A stretch of 63,508 nucleotides of DNA, the filler included, from Octopus bimaculoides (lineage: Eukaryota): NCBI RefSeq assembly GCF_001194135.2. It is 9 parts of 7 records of this genome, joined end to end, with 100 filler letters (N's around TTAATTAATTAA, not from the genome) between each part and the next. Parts side by side here need not be neighbours in the genome. Positions count along the whole stretch, not along the records: positions 49,752 to 56,183 come from NC_068983.1; positions 56,284 to 60,864 come from NC_069006.1; positions 60,965 to 63,508 come from NW_026401398.1; 6 more parts are not named here. One strand, 5' to 3'. A program made the position numbers and the translations under genes. The notes beneath the pieces are model-generated. The model was not told where the DNA came from, did no database searches, and was given only the letters and a program-made list of their open reading frames with translations. Positions 49,652-63,508 of this stretch are shown here, piece by piece (the first letter of the stretch is position 1; the number at the start of each line of letters is the position of its first letter).

Positions 49652-50485
49652 NNNNNNNNNNNNNNNNNNNNNNNNNNNNNNNNNNNNNNNNNNNNTTAAT
49701 TAATTAANNNNNNNNNNNNNNNNNNNNNNNNNNNNNNNNNNNNNNNNNNNNGAAAAAGAAGATTGATTAAAATAGTCTCTCACAATATAGACGGTTTGAG
49801 TTAGAAGTGCTGAAGCGTAACTTGAGACGAAATATATTAATATGTAATGGGAAGAAAAATAAGACCTGGTAATTCAATCCGCGAACATCACTCCGATTAG
49901 AGATGGGTTTAAAGCACAAATATATATGATAGAATAAAATTATATAAATACAGAGACATGTTTTTTAAAAATCTACTGATAAATGAGTATATATGTGTAA
50001 ATTAATAGATGATAAGAAATCTCCGGATGGAGGTATAAAAACGTTAAATATGCGTGTATAGGTAGAAACTATGGAGAAAATCTGAAGTGGCGATGGTAGC
50101 GAATTCGAAGATACAATGTTGAGTCAAGTAAAGATTCAGGATAGTTAAAATTAGTTAAAGTAGAGTACCGCTTACGGCCGTTTCTGGGGGTTCATTGCAG
50201 GAAAATGAAGGTATATAGCACTCATTATTTGGCAATTCCTCGTTCTTCGGGCTAACTGGTTTCCCATGACGAACGAAATTTATATACGTACCCACATGTG
50301 TGTCGTTGGCAATTTTCTTCCTCTGTCGTCCCTATCCATTGGACTTTCCTCTAATTTTGAAGAAGAGCAAGGCTCGAAACCTTAATTCCTCTTGCCTTCA
50401 TTTCCTGAGCGTCTGATATTACAGTATTTGTACCACATCCTCGCGTTGTTTTTTTATTCCTGTTTGTTATTCGGTGTTTGGATTC

Positions 50486-50523
<38 letters not shown>

Positions 50524-51006
50524 GTAAGTAGTAAGGAGATTGAATACGTAAACAAAATTCGTTTTTGTGTTCAGTTAAAATACTTGTGTTTAGAATTGCA
50601 CGTTTTAACGGTTTCTTGATTGACATATATACTATAGCATATATAATTAACTAATGCTTTTGAGTTTCATATTTAATTTCAACAGTAAATTGCACATCAT
50701 TAAAAGGATTTGTTTATGTAGATATTAATAGTGTCTGATTTTTTAGTTACGCATTCTTCAACCAAGACTACATTCTAAATAATAATCTTTTTCCTTGTAT
50801 CTTATTGGTAATAAATACAAATCATACCGTCCTACTCCTATTATGCTGAATGAGAATTACATTTACATAAAAGCATATTTTCTAATTAGCATACCCGTGT
50901 CGACGAAAATGCCACGAGTTTTATGATTGATTGAAAATGACGCGAAAAATTAGAGAAATCATTCCATGTTGGCTGTAATCATTAGATTACATTGTGTTCC
51001 TAACAG

Positions 51007-51054
51007 CTGCCTCGGATCTAAGGACGACATTCCCCTTTACTCCCTAAAACTTTT
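51007..51054 (+). CDS. Weak candidate 48-nt exon (phase 2-2, CLGSKDDIPLYSLKL)
   Basis: Acceptor attgtgttcctaacag|, donor TTT|GTGAGT, length divisible by 3, open only in phase 2. No homology recognised. Confidence 0.3.
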
Positions 51055-51810
51055 GTGAGTGTTTTATTTGTCATTGCCGGTGCCCTTCTACCTCCGAAAT
51101 ATACCGTAAATATATATATATTTATAAATCAGTTCCCTCATAGAAACTTTAAGGCCTGAAAATAACTTGTTTTCGACTTAATAGTTTTCATAATTCCATT
51201 TACGTTATTATAATATCTACATTGGCATGAAACACTTGAATAAATAGATAAGAACTTCTACCAATTGAGATAACAAAGCTTTTGTTTCAATTTCACATTC
51301 TCAGACAATGAACCATTTTTCAGGAAGTTGAATATTTTCTGAAGTTCAGCGATATCAGAACATCAGAAGTCGGATAATAAATTTTACTGGGAGAAAAAAT
51401 AATTGAAGAACACCCACCATGTTGAATATGTCATATATTGCTATCCACCACATTAAATATGCCATACATTCAATAAAATTATATAAGCTAGTTGCAAGAA
51501 TTTTCTCCTATTTGGTCAGTAATAATTAGTTGACTTCTGATATAGTGATAAGTTCCCTTCAGCGCCTGCCAAATCAATTTGTAGACTGTATCTGAAAATT
51601 GGTTGGTAGCTGTTCGAAATAATATAAATGTTACAGAAATATATGTCGAAGCTTTTTCCGTTAACATAGACATTAGAGAAGTTTACCCAGGAAATTGAGT
51701 CAATGATGTACTAATAATTAGAGGAAATCCGGTGCAAGAGGAAAAATGTGGAGTAGAGAAGTGTTAGAATTTTGATAAAATTTCCGTACAAATAATAGAT
51801 GTGAAGCGCA

Positions 51811-51861
<51 letters not shown>

Positions 51862-52114
51862 CCAAACACACACACTCACACACACACACATACGCGCACA
51901 CACACACACAGATGCACACATGCACAACATACACACACACGCATGCACATATAAACAGACGTACATGCACACAAATACGCGAGCATATAAACACGAACAG
52001 AGGCACTCATATAATCGCTCACACATATTGACGTATATATATATACATATATCTATGAGTGCGTTTGTATACGCATATATATAGAAAGAGCAATATACAT
52101 ATATATATATATTT

Positions 52115-52176
<62 letters not shown>

Positions 52177-53400
52177 GTATGTATCTGTGTGTGTGCGCGC
52201 GTGTATGTGCTTAGATATATACATATACATATATAAACATATATATGCATATATACGTGTGTGTGTCTATGTGTGAGTGTATGTTTGCCTGTGTGTATGT
52301 CTCTTTTTAATTTGTTTAGCGCAAATAGCCCCGTGTACATTCGTTGAAAAGACTTGTTGGCTACCGCTTATTATAGAATGATCCCATGGGATGGTTATGT
52401 ATGTGGAACACTATAGCTTAGGAGGAATATAGTAATAACGAAAACTTTTCCAACAGATTTTTTGATGGGTGTACATATCCTTAAATTAAACGCCGATACT
52501 GCCAGAAATTATAACTACAAAATACCTGATGAAGCATACAAACGTAATAGACTTCTTTAATATCTATAGATATCATTAATATTATATAATAATACGCTAT
52601 GGAAGTGAGAATATAGTCACAAAAAGTGTTGTGTAGAAAAGTATGTAACAATGCAGTAATACAGTATATAAAGTTCCATCCTAAAAAAAATTCGGTATTA
52701 CTATATATATATCCAGTAATTTTTTACTAGTTTATTTGTCTATTTATCTTTTCACTTTGTTGTGCTGCATGAATACATGATGTGGTTTATAAAAACAGGC
52801 TGAGAGACAGACAGTTAAACTGATGTGGTTACATAAATACATAGATAGACAGAGACAAATACTATGTCTTATACATCCGTTAGACGTGGTAGCGTCTTCT
52901 GTTTTATCACTAAGTGTTTTAAGTCCCTATATAGATGGAGGTGGAGTGCCGCACCAGCGATTTGCTAAATTATTTTGTATATTATAAAAAGCATATTCAA
53001 ATAGAAATGTTTGTCCAGCATTTGAATATATCCAATAGACAGGTGCAATCATAGAAATCATGTTGGTTATGATCAACACTATATACGTACTTTCGTACCA
53101 ATACACACACACAAACGCTCATGTGTGTGTGCGTGTGTATATATATATATATATATATATNNNNNNNNNNNNNNNNNNNNNNNNNNNNNNNNNNNNNNNN
53201 NNNNNNNNNNNNNNNNNNNNNNNNNNNNNNNNNNNNNNNNNNNNNNNNNNNNNNNNNNNNNNNNNNNNNNNNNNNNNNNNNNNNNNNNNNNNNNNNNNNN
53301 NNNNNNNNNNNNNNNNNNNNNNNNNNNNNNNNNNNNNNNNNNNNNNNNNNNNNNNNNNNNNNNNNNNNNNNNNNNNNNNNNNNNNNNNNNNNNNNNNNNN

Positions 53401-53432
<32 letters not shown>

Positions 53433-54407
53433 GTGAGTGGACGTTCATAAACATTTTTGTCCTTAAATGCAATATACAAATATGTAAACGCATACATTCT
53501 TATATATACATATATAAATGTGCGTGTGCGTGTGTGTATGTGTAAATACTTACATGTTACTGTACATACACATGTACATTCATACTCTCACACTCATAAA
53601 CATGGTAATAATGTGCAACAAGACAGGATTAATGCTACACATTTTAATGAATTTTATATTTTAAGTAATTTCAACTAAAACAAATAAATCATAAAAATGA
53701 AACTTACTTCAGTTAACATTGAATTGATAAACTAAAATATAAGGATAAATACGATATGAACGATACCAAAAACTTCCAAAATATTCCTCCGAATATTCTT
53801 TTCTACTCTACGCACAGGGAGCGACATTTTGGGGGAAGGGGGCCAGGCGATTAGATCGACCACAGTACACAACTGGTAGTTAATTTATCGAACCCGAAGG
53901 ATGACAGGCAACGTCGACCTCACTGGAATTTGAACTCAGAACATAAAGACAGGCGAAATACCGCTAAGCTTTGCGCCCGGCGTGCTAATATTTCTGCCAG
54001 CTCAAATATTACCAACATGCTGCTTATCCGAGCCCCTGCCCGGCAATGTGTTTAATTTCAACTAATCCCCATCGTCAGGCAGAAAAAAAAACTATTATCG
54101 TTAGACGTGGCGTATTTTCGATAATACTTTGTCTGCGAATCCAATAACCAATATAATTGGATTACAATATCACACAATCAACATATGAAGTTCTCGCAAC
54201 GAAATATTACATTTTCTTCCACCTCGTATTTAACATAAAAACCAAACTTGAATTGTTACAGTAAACTTGTAGGAACAAGCGAATTTTAATCCAGGTGAAT
54301 CGACTCCGTCATTAATTATTTGTACAGGTAGTCCGCCTGTAATGTTTTGATAGCACTATTAAAGTAGAGTATTTTTCTTTCAAAAATAAGAAACCCAAGG
54401 ACTATGT

Positions 54408-54456
<49 letters not shown>

Positions 54457-56283
54457 NNNNNNNNNNNNNNNNNNNNNNNNNNNNNNNNNNNNNNNNNNNN
54501 NNNNNNNNNNNNNNNNNNNNNNNNNNNNNNNNNNNNNNNNNNNNNNNNNNNNNNNNNNNNNNNNNNNNNNNNNNNNNNNNNNNNNNNNNNNNNNNNNNNN
54601 NNNNNNNNNNNNNNNNNNNNNNNNNNNNNNNNNNNNNNNNNNNNNNNNNNNNNNNTGTGTGTGTGTATGTGTATGTGTGTGTGTATTCATTTACAGTGAC
54701 GCACGCACAGACAACCAACACACATATATATATATATATATATATTCTTATATAAATTTATACATCTATATATGCGTGTGGTGTGTGTATATTTTCTCAT
54801 TAAGTACATTTTGTGAGGTTTCTCTAAATGATTAGTGACTCTCTTGAGGTACAACTCATGTCAGGTAAATCATGAACACAACGTATTCTCTCAGCGATTG
54901 TGAATTTGGTGTTTGTAATCAGTGGCAATTGTACTGCGAATAAATTAAATTAGCACACGGTATATTAAATTTATTGACGAAAGTGCGAAGGAAAGCAAAC
55001 GAGAAATTGTGATTTATTGTTTGATAAAGCGAATAGGGAGTAAGTAATGCAATACGATCAATAATGGCAGAGAAAAAATGAATAAAGAATATATATCTAA
55101 AAAGACATTGGAATAAGAAGATAGATATACAGATAGACAGAAAGAGGAACTACTTCATGTAACAGTTAGCAAAATTTTTACATTATGGTGTTGCCAAATC
55201 TTTGTTTAAAAATATGATCTTATTAAATTGGGAAGTGAAGAATAAACCATTCAAACATTCACATATTTGTTTCGCTGTAAACACAAATGAATGAGTATTC
55301 TTATGATGGTGTGTGCGTGGGTATGAGTGTGCGTGTGCGTTTGTTTGCTTATGCACATATATGTATATATATAATTTAGACAAATCAGAAAATGGAAAAA
55401 TATTGATGAACAGCAGTTGACTTACGTCAATTATCATTTATTAATTCAATAACAAATATATTTCATCCCATTTAACAGCTGTATCTGCTTCCAATGTTGT
55501 ATTGTATTTCCATTGATATACTAAAATTATTTATCACATTTGGTAATGAAACCAATGTGAAACGCGGAGCTTCATCAGAGTGAAAAATAGATAGAAGATC
55601 CTAGAGAAGAAAAAGGAAAAGTTGAATATGGTTGTAATCATACCCTTTGGCTTGTGTATCTCTTTGGGATGTTAAGTAAAAGACTAAACCTAAAAAAGTA
55701 TTTGGTGGATGAATCCTTTATACGGTGGGGGATAGGATGGGTAAATAATCAAAAAATAAATAATAGTAGTGGCATACGCCAATAGGTTTTAGTCGAAGAA
55801 GGGGTGAATATACAATAAGGTTTTAGATTAATCATAATAAAGTGCTAATCAATTCAATATATTTTTATTTATTTATCAGTAGGTGGTTAAGGCCTTCGAT
55901 CTGTTGTCCGAAGTGAGATAGGCCAAGGTCCAACGTTCGATATAATTGGTCACTTGAAATGTAAAAAGGAAAGACCATCTATTGAGACCGGTATGCTGGG
56001 TAAGATAAAAAAAATAAATGAATAAGAAAATTGTGTATGTTGCAAGGAGACCTAAAACGCTTAGCACAGTATATACTAGATTTAAACATAAATATTAAGA
56101 GAGAAACCTATTCGAACATTCAGGAAATAAGAGGGTTGGGGATGAAGATGGTCCAAATGTATTTATATATATATATATATATANNNNNNNNNNNNNNNNN
56201 NNNNNNNNNNNNNNNNNNNNNNNNNNNTTAATTAATTAANNNNNNNNNNNNNNNNNNNNNNNNNNNNNNNNNNNNNNNNNNNN

Positions 56284-56314
<31 letters not shown>

Positions 56315-56707
56315 AGGTTCAAAAAAAGGAAAAAGACAAAAAACAATAACAAAAAACCACAACGTGAGGACGTGATATATATATATGTGTGTATGTATGT
56401 ATGTATATACACACATACATACATATACATACATACATATAAACAGGGAGAATTCACAAAAAAAAAACAAAAGACGAAGACAAGTGGTGTAGACAACAAA
56501 CAGATGTATTAGTATAACGCTCGGGTAATGAAAAAGTCTTTAGCTTAGCTCACAGAATCTATCATGGCCCCTTCTGTTCAGACAGCAACACCCTGTAACG
56601 TTGATGCGAGGTACATTCCAGAATGATTGAGTCTCTTTTAGGAGAAGCAGTTATAATTATTCTAGATTATTGTAGTTTTAGTATATCATCACCATACATC
56701 TAATAGT

Positions 56708-57025
56708 GGAGGCACATGGCCTAGTGGTTAGAGCAGCGGACTCACGGTCGAGGGATCGCGGGTTCGAATCTCAGACCAGGTGGTACGTATGTTTTTGAGC
56801 GAAACATCTATGCTCCACGCGGCTCCAGCAGAAGGTAGTGGCGAACGTCTGCTGAGTCTGTTGCTACAACTTTCTCTCACTCTTTCCTCCTGCATCTAGC
56901 AGCTCAACTGCGAAGGACTGGTGCCCCGTTCAGGTTGGGATCCTATACGCCAATGAAACCGGGAAACCAGCCCTCACGAGCCAGGCATGGCTCGAGAAGG
57001 AACAAACAATAACAACAACAACAAC
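56708..57025 (+). mobile_element. tRNA-derived SINE family C, full-length
   Basis: A box TGGCCTAGTGG, B box GGTTCGAATC, body GAGCGAAACATCTATGCTCCACGCGGCTCC...GGCTCGAGAAGGAAC, (AAC)n tail. Confidence 0.88.
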
Positions 57026-57099
57026 ATACATCTAATAAGCTCTCCTGCCAGCTTTTGTAATTACAGATTGTAATAACACTTCGACCACATTCTACTGAA

Positions 57100-57390
57100 C
57101 ACTGTTTGTCACAGCTGACAAGTTTGCAGTACGCAGTCAGGACGTGAAGAGAATTTGAAAGTTCGCCATGCAATAAAGTCTTTGTGTTAAAGTGGGCAAA
57201 AACGCTTCAGTAACTTATGAAATGCTTCAGACTGCTTGTTGATTGAATTGTATGAGTCGAGCATCTGTTTTTCGTAAGCACAAGAGGAAAGGCAAAACAA
57301 GTCTACCGGGAAGCTCATCACGATCCCCTTTTTCAACAGTCATCATCGAGGTCCACTGGGCTCCCTCTGGCCAGACGTTCAACTGAGTAC
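57100..57390 (+). mobile_element. Internally deleted mariner transposase remnant
   Basis: RHAIK...GKNASVTYEMLQTAC*LNCMSRASVFRKHKR (HTH), joined to ITIPFFNS / IIEVHWAPSGQTFN (the FFD..GI...PxGQTVN segment). Confidence 0.75.
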
Positions 57391-57622
57391 TTAATCACAG
57401 AGCCTGAATGAGCTGATTGATTGATAAATAGAATGAGTGGTGGACTGAACTGAACTGGCAAAGTTTTTAAAACTACAATCAGTTCTGCCAATCTAAGATC
57501 CCGAACTGGAGTGGTACTTTATCTAGAGAGACCCTCGAAAGGGTGAAAGGTTGGAAGTTGATTTCGGTGGGATTCGAAACGGTTTTAGCAATTAGTCGAC
57601 TCACCCTACATACATACATACA

Positions 57623-57658
<36 letters not shown>

Positions 57659-57866
57659 TATATGTGACAAAAAACCACAAAGTACAAGTGTTTATGACAA
57701 ACATGTTATATTGACAACCGGGTTTACAAATAAAAGTACATAAGGAATTTGAGAATAAACATAAACTTAAACTTACAGCTGTTTCGGCCTAGCGTTGGCA
57801 TGCCCCATTCTATCCTAATAGCTCCTGCCGGAGTNNNNNNNNNNGGAGTAATATATATATACATAC

Positions 57867-57930
<64 letters not shown>

Positions 57931-58042
57931 GTGTGTGTGCGTGTGCGTGCGTGTGTGTGTGTACAGACACACGCACAATTATATGTTTATAGACATGCAG
58001 ATAGAGACATACATATATACATACATACATGCATACATACAC

Positions 58043-58082
<40 letters not shown>

Positions 58083-58126
58083 GTATATCTATCTTATCTA
58101 TCTATCTTTATATATANNNNNNNNNN

Positions 58127-58168
<42 letters not shown>

Positions 58169-58299
58169 GCACATATGTGTGTACATGTGTGTGCCTATGT
58201 ATCATCAATCATCGATCTATTTGTCTCCCCATTTTTTCATTCATCTATATATTTTAGCTCAGTCTATTTCTCAATCTGTCCATCCATCATTTTCATCAC

Positions 58300-58559
58300 C
58301 GTATTCGCCCAACAGTTTTAACGTGTGCACACGCATTACACACGCGCATAATATACACACACACACTACGCATATGCACTCGTAAATAACAAACACAAGT
58401 TCTACTCATATTCCATATATAGTGATATAGTGAAAACACACACGCACATTGCACACACGTATAATGTGCATATAGTATACACATACATTCGCGAATAACC
58501 AACACACTAGCTATATACATTATATATATATATATATATGTATATACGTATATATGTAA

Positions 58560-58637
<78 letters not shown>

Positions 58638-60660
58638 TACACACATAAATTAACATACATATTGAATACAAATACAACCTATACACTATATTATATGCAC
58701 TATACACTCACTGTACAGAAACTAAACCCACTGTATATGCAATGTAAACCAACACTGCATATGTTGATTAACAAGCACACATGCTGCACACAAATATTTC
58801 ACGCGGTGCAACGATGCATCGATGCAATAACTTCCGCTTGTTTTAACGATATTCAAACATAATAAGATTAGATTACATCACAATTATTTCATTATTACGT
58901 TTCCTATCATGGGCACATGATAGTTGCGTGATAGTGCATTCGCATGTGCAGTTGCGGGTGCATGTTGGATTCTTGATTGTGCACAACAGGTGGCTGTTGG
59001 TTGTGTGTGTGTGTGTGTGTGTGCATTTCATATGCATACATCTTTGTGTGTGTGTTGCTTGCACGAGAGTAAACACACGCATGCGTCTACGTAGGTCGCG
59101 TGTTGTCAACACCGTTATATTTTATCTGTTACTTGTTTCCGTCATTAGACTACGCCCATGCTGCAGCACCGCCTTGAAGAATCTTTTTAGTTGAATGAAT
59201 CGACCCCAGTACTTATTTTTTTCTCAAGCCTGATACTTTTTCTATCGGACTTTTTTTTTGCCGAACTGTTAAGTTACGGGGACGTAAACACACCAACAAT
59301 GGTAATCAAGCGGTGGTTTTGGTCGGACACAGACATACACACACATACCTACATACGTACATACATACATAAATACATACATACATACATTCACACACAT
59401 ACGCATACATGCGTACATACATACATATATGTATGCATGTATGCATGTATGTATGTAAAGATTGTTTTGAAGTGGTGTACAGATTTTAAATATCAAGAAC
59501 AAGGAAGTAGTCTAGATTTGGAATAAAAGTTATTTATTTATAGTGTCTATATATATACATATACGACGGGCTTCTTTCAGTTTCCGTCTACCAAATCCAC
59601 TCAGAGCACATTCGTTGGCCCGAGGTGATAGTAGATGACATTTGCTTAATATGCCACGCAGTGGGGCTGAATCCAGGACCATGTGGTTCGGAAGTAAACT
59701 TCTTACCTCTCAGCACCTACATGGTCGACTATTTCAAATACTTGTATGTGCATAACATTATCACGACTGCGTGTAGCACACGTATACATATATATATGCA
59801 TATGTTAGCACGTTGCACGACGGTGTTGGTTGCACAATTGTGCACTTCTCTGCAGTTGTGTGTTTGCTATAAGCATATTTGTACCCTCACCATACATGCA
59901 AGCAGGTGTATATCATTTGCACACCTGAGCACTTCACATATATATACATGTAGTTGTCAACATGTATGTATATAGTTATGCATATGTATCCATGTTAATG
60001 TGCACATCTATAGATGTAGAAGCATGTTGTTTGTATGATTAGTGCACTTCCGATGCATACAGGTTAAGTGTACACTTGAAACATAATTATGCCCTAACCA
60101 TACATGCAAACAGGTGCACATTGTTTGCACATCTGAGCGCTTCATATGCATACCTGTAGATGTCAACATGTGTATATTTGTAGATGTGCACATGTATACA
60201 TGTAGCTGTATGTTGGTTGCACGAATGTGCACGTAATATATTCTATGCAAGCGTATGTCGGTCGCGTGATTGTGCATTTCACGTGTGCGTACGTTAGTTG
60301 CACGGCTCTGCACTCCGTATGCATGCTTGTAGATGCATGTCGGCAGCAAGACTGGGCCTTTTGCATGTTTACACGTATATGCATAGTGATTGAATTAATG
60401 TGCACGTCACATGCATGCATGTATGGATGTATGTATATGTGTATGCAGGTTATACGACTGTGCATTTCACATGTAAGGATGTTTGTCCGTGATAGTCACG
60501 CAATTGTGCATTTCACATGCATGTATGCATTTGTATGTCGATTGCACAACAGCACGCATCTCGTGTATGCATGCATTTGTATGCATGCATTTGTATGCAT
60601 GCATTTGTATGCATGTTGGTTGTACGGTTTTAGCACTTCAAACCTGTTAAACGTAACGGT
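58300..60660. repeat. Cryptic alternating purine-pyrimidine satellite interrupted by (TA)n and a family B SINE
   Basis: Recurrent motif ~GTTGGTTGCAC.ATTGTGCATTTCACATGCATGTATG at about 58920, 59825, 60212, 60262, 60449 and 60491. Confidence 0.6.
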
Positions 60661-63470
60661 AGACGTCAGTTGACGTATAAACAGGAACTGTGAATGGTGA
60701 CATCGAAGAGACTGAGAGAGAGAGAGAGAGAGAGAGGGGGGAGAGAGAGGAGAGAGAGAGAGGAGAGAGAGATGTAGAAAGAGAAAGAATGGCTGACAAG
60801 GGTGGTGGTGGTGGTGGTGGTGGTGGAAGGAAGACATGAGAGAGGAAGAAATTAGAGAGAAAGGNNNNNNNNNNNNNNNNNNNNNNNNNNNNNNNNNNNN
60901 NNNNNNNNTTAATTAATTAANNNNNNNNNNNNNNNNNNNNNNNNNNNNNNNNNNNNNNNNNNNNAGGGATGTGGGAGCGCCGTAATCTCTAGCACAGACC
61001 AAAGATCCCCAAAACGTCCAATGCCATTCCCTGCATATATTTGGTTTTATAGCAGAGTGACCTTCTCCTAGAGACATGCTTCAACAAAAGCTGAGGGGCG
61101 CCNNNNNNNNNNNNNNNNNNNNNNNNNNNNNNNNNNNNNNNNNNNNNNNNNNNNNNNNNNNNNNNNNNNNNNNNNNNNNNNNNNNNNNNNNNNNNNNNNN
61201 NNNNNNNNNNNNNNNNNNNNNNNNNNNNNNNNNNNNNNNNNNNNNNNNNNNNNNNNNNNNNNNNNNNNNNNNNNNNNNNNNNNNNNNNNNNNNNNNNNNN
61301 NNNNNNNNNNNNNNNNNNNNNNNNNNNNNNNNNNNNNNNNNNNNNNNNNNNNNNNNNNNNNNNNNNNNNNNNNNNNNNNNNNNNNNNNNNNNNNNNNNNN
61401 NNNNNNNNNNNNNNNNNNNNNNNNNNNNNNNNNNNNNNNNNNNNNNNNNNNNNNNNNNNNNNNNNNNNNNNNNNNNNNNNNNNNNNNNNNNNNNNNNNNN
61501 NNNNNNNNNNNNNNNNNNNNNNNNNNNNNNNNNNNNNNNNNNNNNNNNNNNNNNNNNNNNNNNNNNNNNNNNNNNNNNNNNNNNNNNNNNNNNNNNNNNN
61601 NNNNNNNNNNNNNNNNNNNNNNNNNNNNNNNNNNNNNNNNNNNNNNNNNNNNNNNNNNNNNNNNNNNNNNNNNNNNNNNNNNNNNNNNNNNNNNNNNNNN
61701 NNNNNNNNNNNNNNNNNNNNNNNNNNNNNNNNNNNNNNNNNNNNNNNNNNNNNNNNNNNNNNNNNNNNNNNNNNNNNNNNNNNNNNNNNNNNNNNNNNNN
61801 NNNNNNNNNNNNNNNNNNNNNNNNNNNNNNNNNNNNNNNNNNNNNNNNNNNNNNNNNNNNNNNNNNNNNNNNNNNNNNNNNNNNNNNNNNNNNNNNNNNN
61901 NNNNNNNNNNNNNNNNNNNNNNNNNNNNNNNNNNNNNNNNNNNNNNNNNNNNAAGATAGACAATGAACCTATTGCTAGGTAAGTTCTGTTTTCCTAGGCA
62001 TCTGTTGTGTATATGGGTGTGTGTATGTGGGTGTGGGGTGTGAGTAACTGTGAGTGTGGGATTGGCAAATGCTTGCATTGAAAGAATGAAAGGGGCACGG
62101 CACAATCAAGAAAGATTGTGAAACATTCAAAAACAGGGACAACTTCTTAGAGATTTTGAAGGTGCTTTCATAAGTGTTGTCCGTGACAACCAATTCTTAT
62201 CAGAAGCTGAATAAGTTTTAGTCATGAACAGTCACATGATCCCATGGTNNNNNNNNNNGGGGGGGGAGCAAAAGCAAGATTCATGTGGGGACTGCTCCTT
62301 CAAAGACCAAAACAAAATATGCGTCCAGTTTGAAACAAGGTTCGTAGGTCTATCTGGGGTTGAAGGGGCACAAAAGAAAACCTATTCGCATCTGTCAGTT
62401 CTGAGGTTTCAGAGGAGGGAGACGTGAAGCCCTTGCAGTTGTTTGTGATGGCACCAGTTTTTTATCCTGGGGCAGTTTTGGCAAGTTACCCAATGAATAA
62501 ATATTGTGCTGCTCTGTCATGCCTGTTGAGAGACTCTGTGGGTGCGAGAAGACTGCACATGGAGGAGACAACATGATCATGACCTTGTAGGTAGGCATTG
62601 ATCTTCGGCTGCTATGATAAACCCTTCTGTCCCTGATTTTAAGCCAGGAGACACTAACCAGTTATGGGTAAGGGCTTTGTCAACATTACATATTTCAGTA
62701 ATTGACCAGTATGGCTAAAATATTGAATTTTAGGGGTGGGGGGNNNNNNNNNNGGGGGGCTAATCAATTTTATCAACCCGAAAAGGATGATAGGCAAAGC
62801 TGACTTGGGTGGAATTTGAACTCAAATAGTATTCTTTCATTATTATTCTTCTTTAGATTCCAGAAAAAAAATAACAATAATGTATTCAAACTGAAAAGGG
62901 GAAAACATGTGTTTTTTAAGGGAAACCACTGTGTCCCCAGTGTTGCGAATGTAACTGTATCTAGCAGGCTTCATGCTTTGCCCAAAATGCAGTATATTTT
63001 GGGGAGCAAAATGAGTCATAGACTTAAAAAATAAAGATATAAGGACATGGATAAAGGGGTAAAATTGAAGTAAACAAGGAAATTTGATATGTTTCTGTAT
63101 GTTATATCTGGCCTTAAAAACAAAACACCATTATCCCATTTCCCTGAATTATATTTTCCTTGCATTTTTTTACTGTCTTTTTTATGTTGTTTTTGTCATC
63201 TTTTTTTTTTAAATTTATTCCTCATAATTACAAGTCACCCATGTGTGTGCCTATGTGATATACATAATACACATACACACATACACGCAAGCATGAATAC
63301 AGATATATATATATATATNNNNNNNNNNCACACACACACACATGCACATGTACATACATACACTCAAATATGTACATGTGTTGCTGTTTTAGTATTGTTC
63401 ACCAAGTAACAAGGTCTAGAAAGAATGCAATGTCATATATGCATACATTCTTATGTGCGTGTGTGTATAA

Positions 63471-63508
<38 letters not shown>

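Noticed and set aside
56708-56785. tRNA-like sequence (A and B boxes); likewise the heads of the other SINEs
   Set aside because: No proper acceptor stem, and it continues into a repeated SINE body; not a tRNA gene.
57774-57789. Minus-strand GGCCGAAACAGCTGTA: GAAA plus palindromic stem III and GUA triplet, typical of Penelope hammerheads
   Set aside because: The upstream CUGANGA and stem I are absent, so it is only a half-motif remnant; counted only as weak supporting context.

Overview
AT-rich, gap-ridden eukaryotic draft-assembly sequence. The dense microsatellites and the tRNA-derived SINE families resemble those I recall from coleoid cephalopods, most likely an Octopus assembly; this assignment is an inference. 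No prokaryotic-type genes, CRISPR array, rRNA or bona fide tRNA gene can be supported. Almost all ORFs in the supplied track are artefacts of N-gaps or microsatellites. The window is mostly intronic or intergenic repeat DNA: at least four SINE families, two internally deleted mariner remnants plus mariner-like MITEs, several long foldback elements, R4/Dong-like LINE fragments next to (TAA)n, an uninterrupted CR1/L2-like RT fragment, and minisatellites. A few isolated candidate host exons are present (best: 3867-4170 on + and 25951-26156 on -); I cannot name the genes. The most interesting signals are RNA structures. (i) At 44481-44556, all conserved hammerhead-ribozyme core segments are present with pairable stems, but in a non-circularly permuted (pseudoknotted) order. 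(ii) At 6801-6845, a near-intact minimal dimer-type hammerhead sits in the spacer of a foldback element with 141-bp inverted arms. (iii) At 42271-42330 there is a decayed type I hammerhead. (iv) At 14400-14985 a tandemly duplicated stem unit shows a compensatory base-pair change and minus-strand splice-donor motifs abutting the stem. All structure calls were made by eye and need folding, family alignment and cleavage assays.
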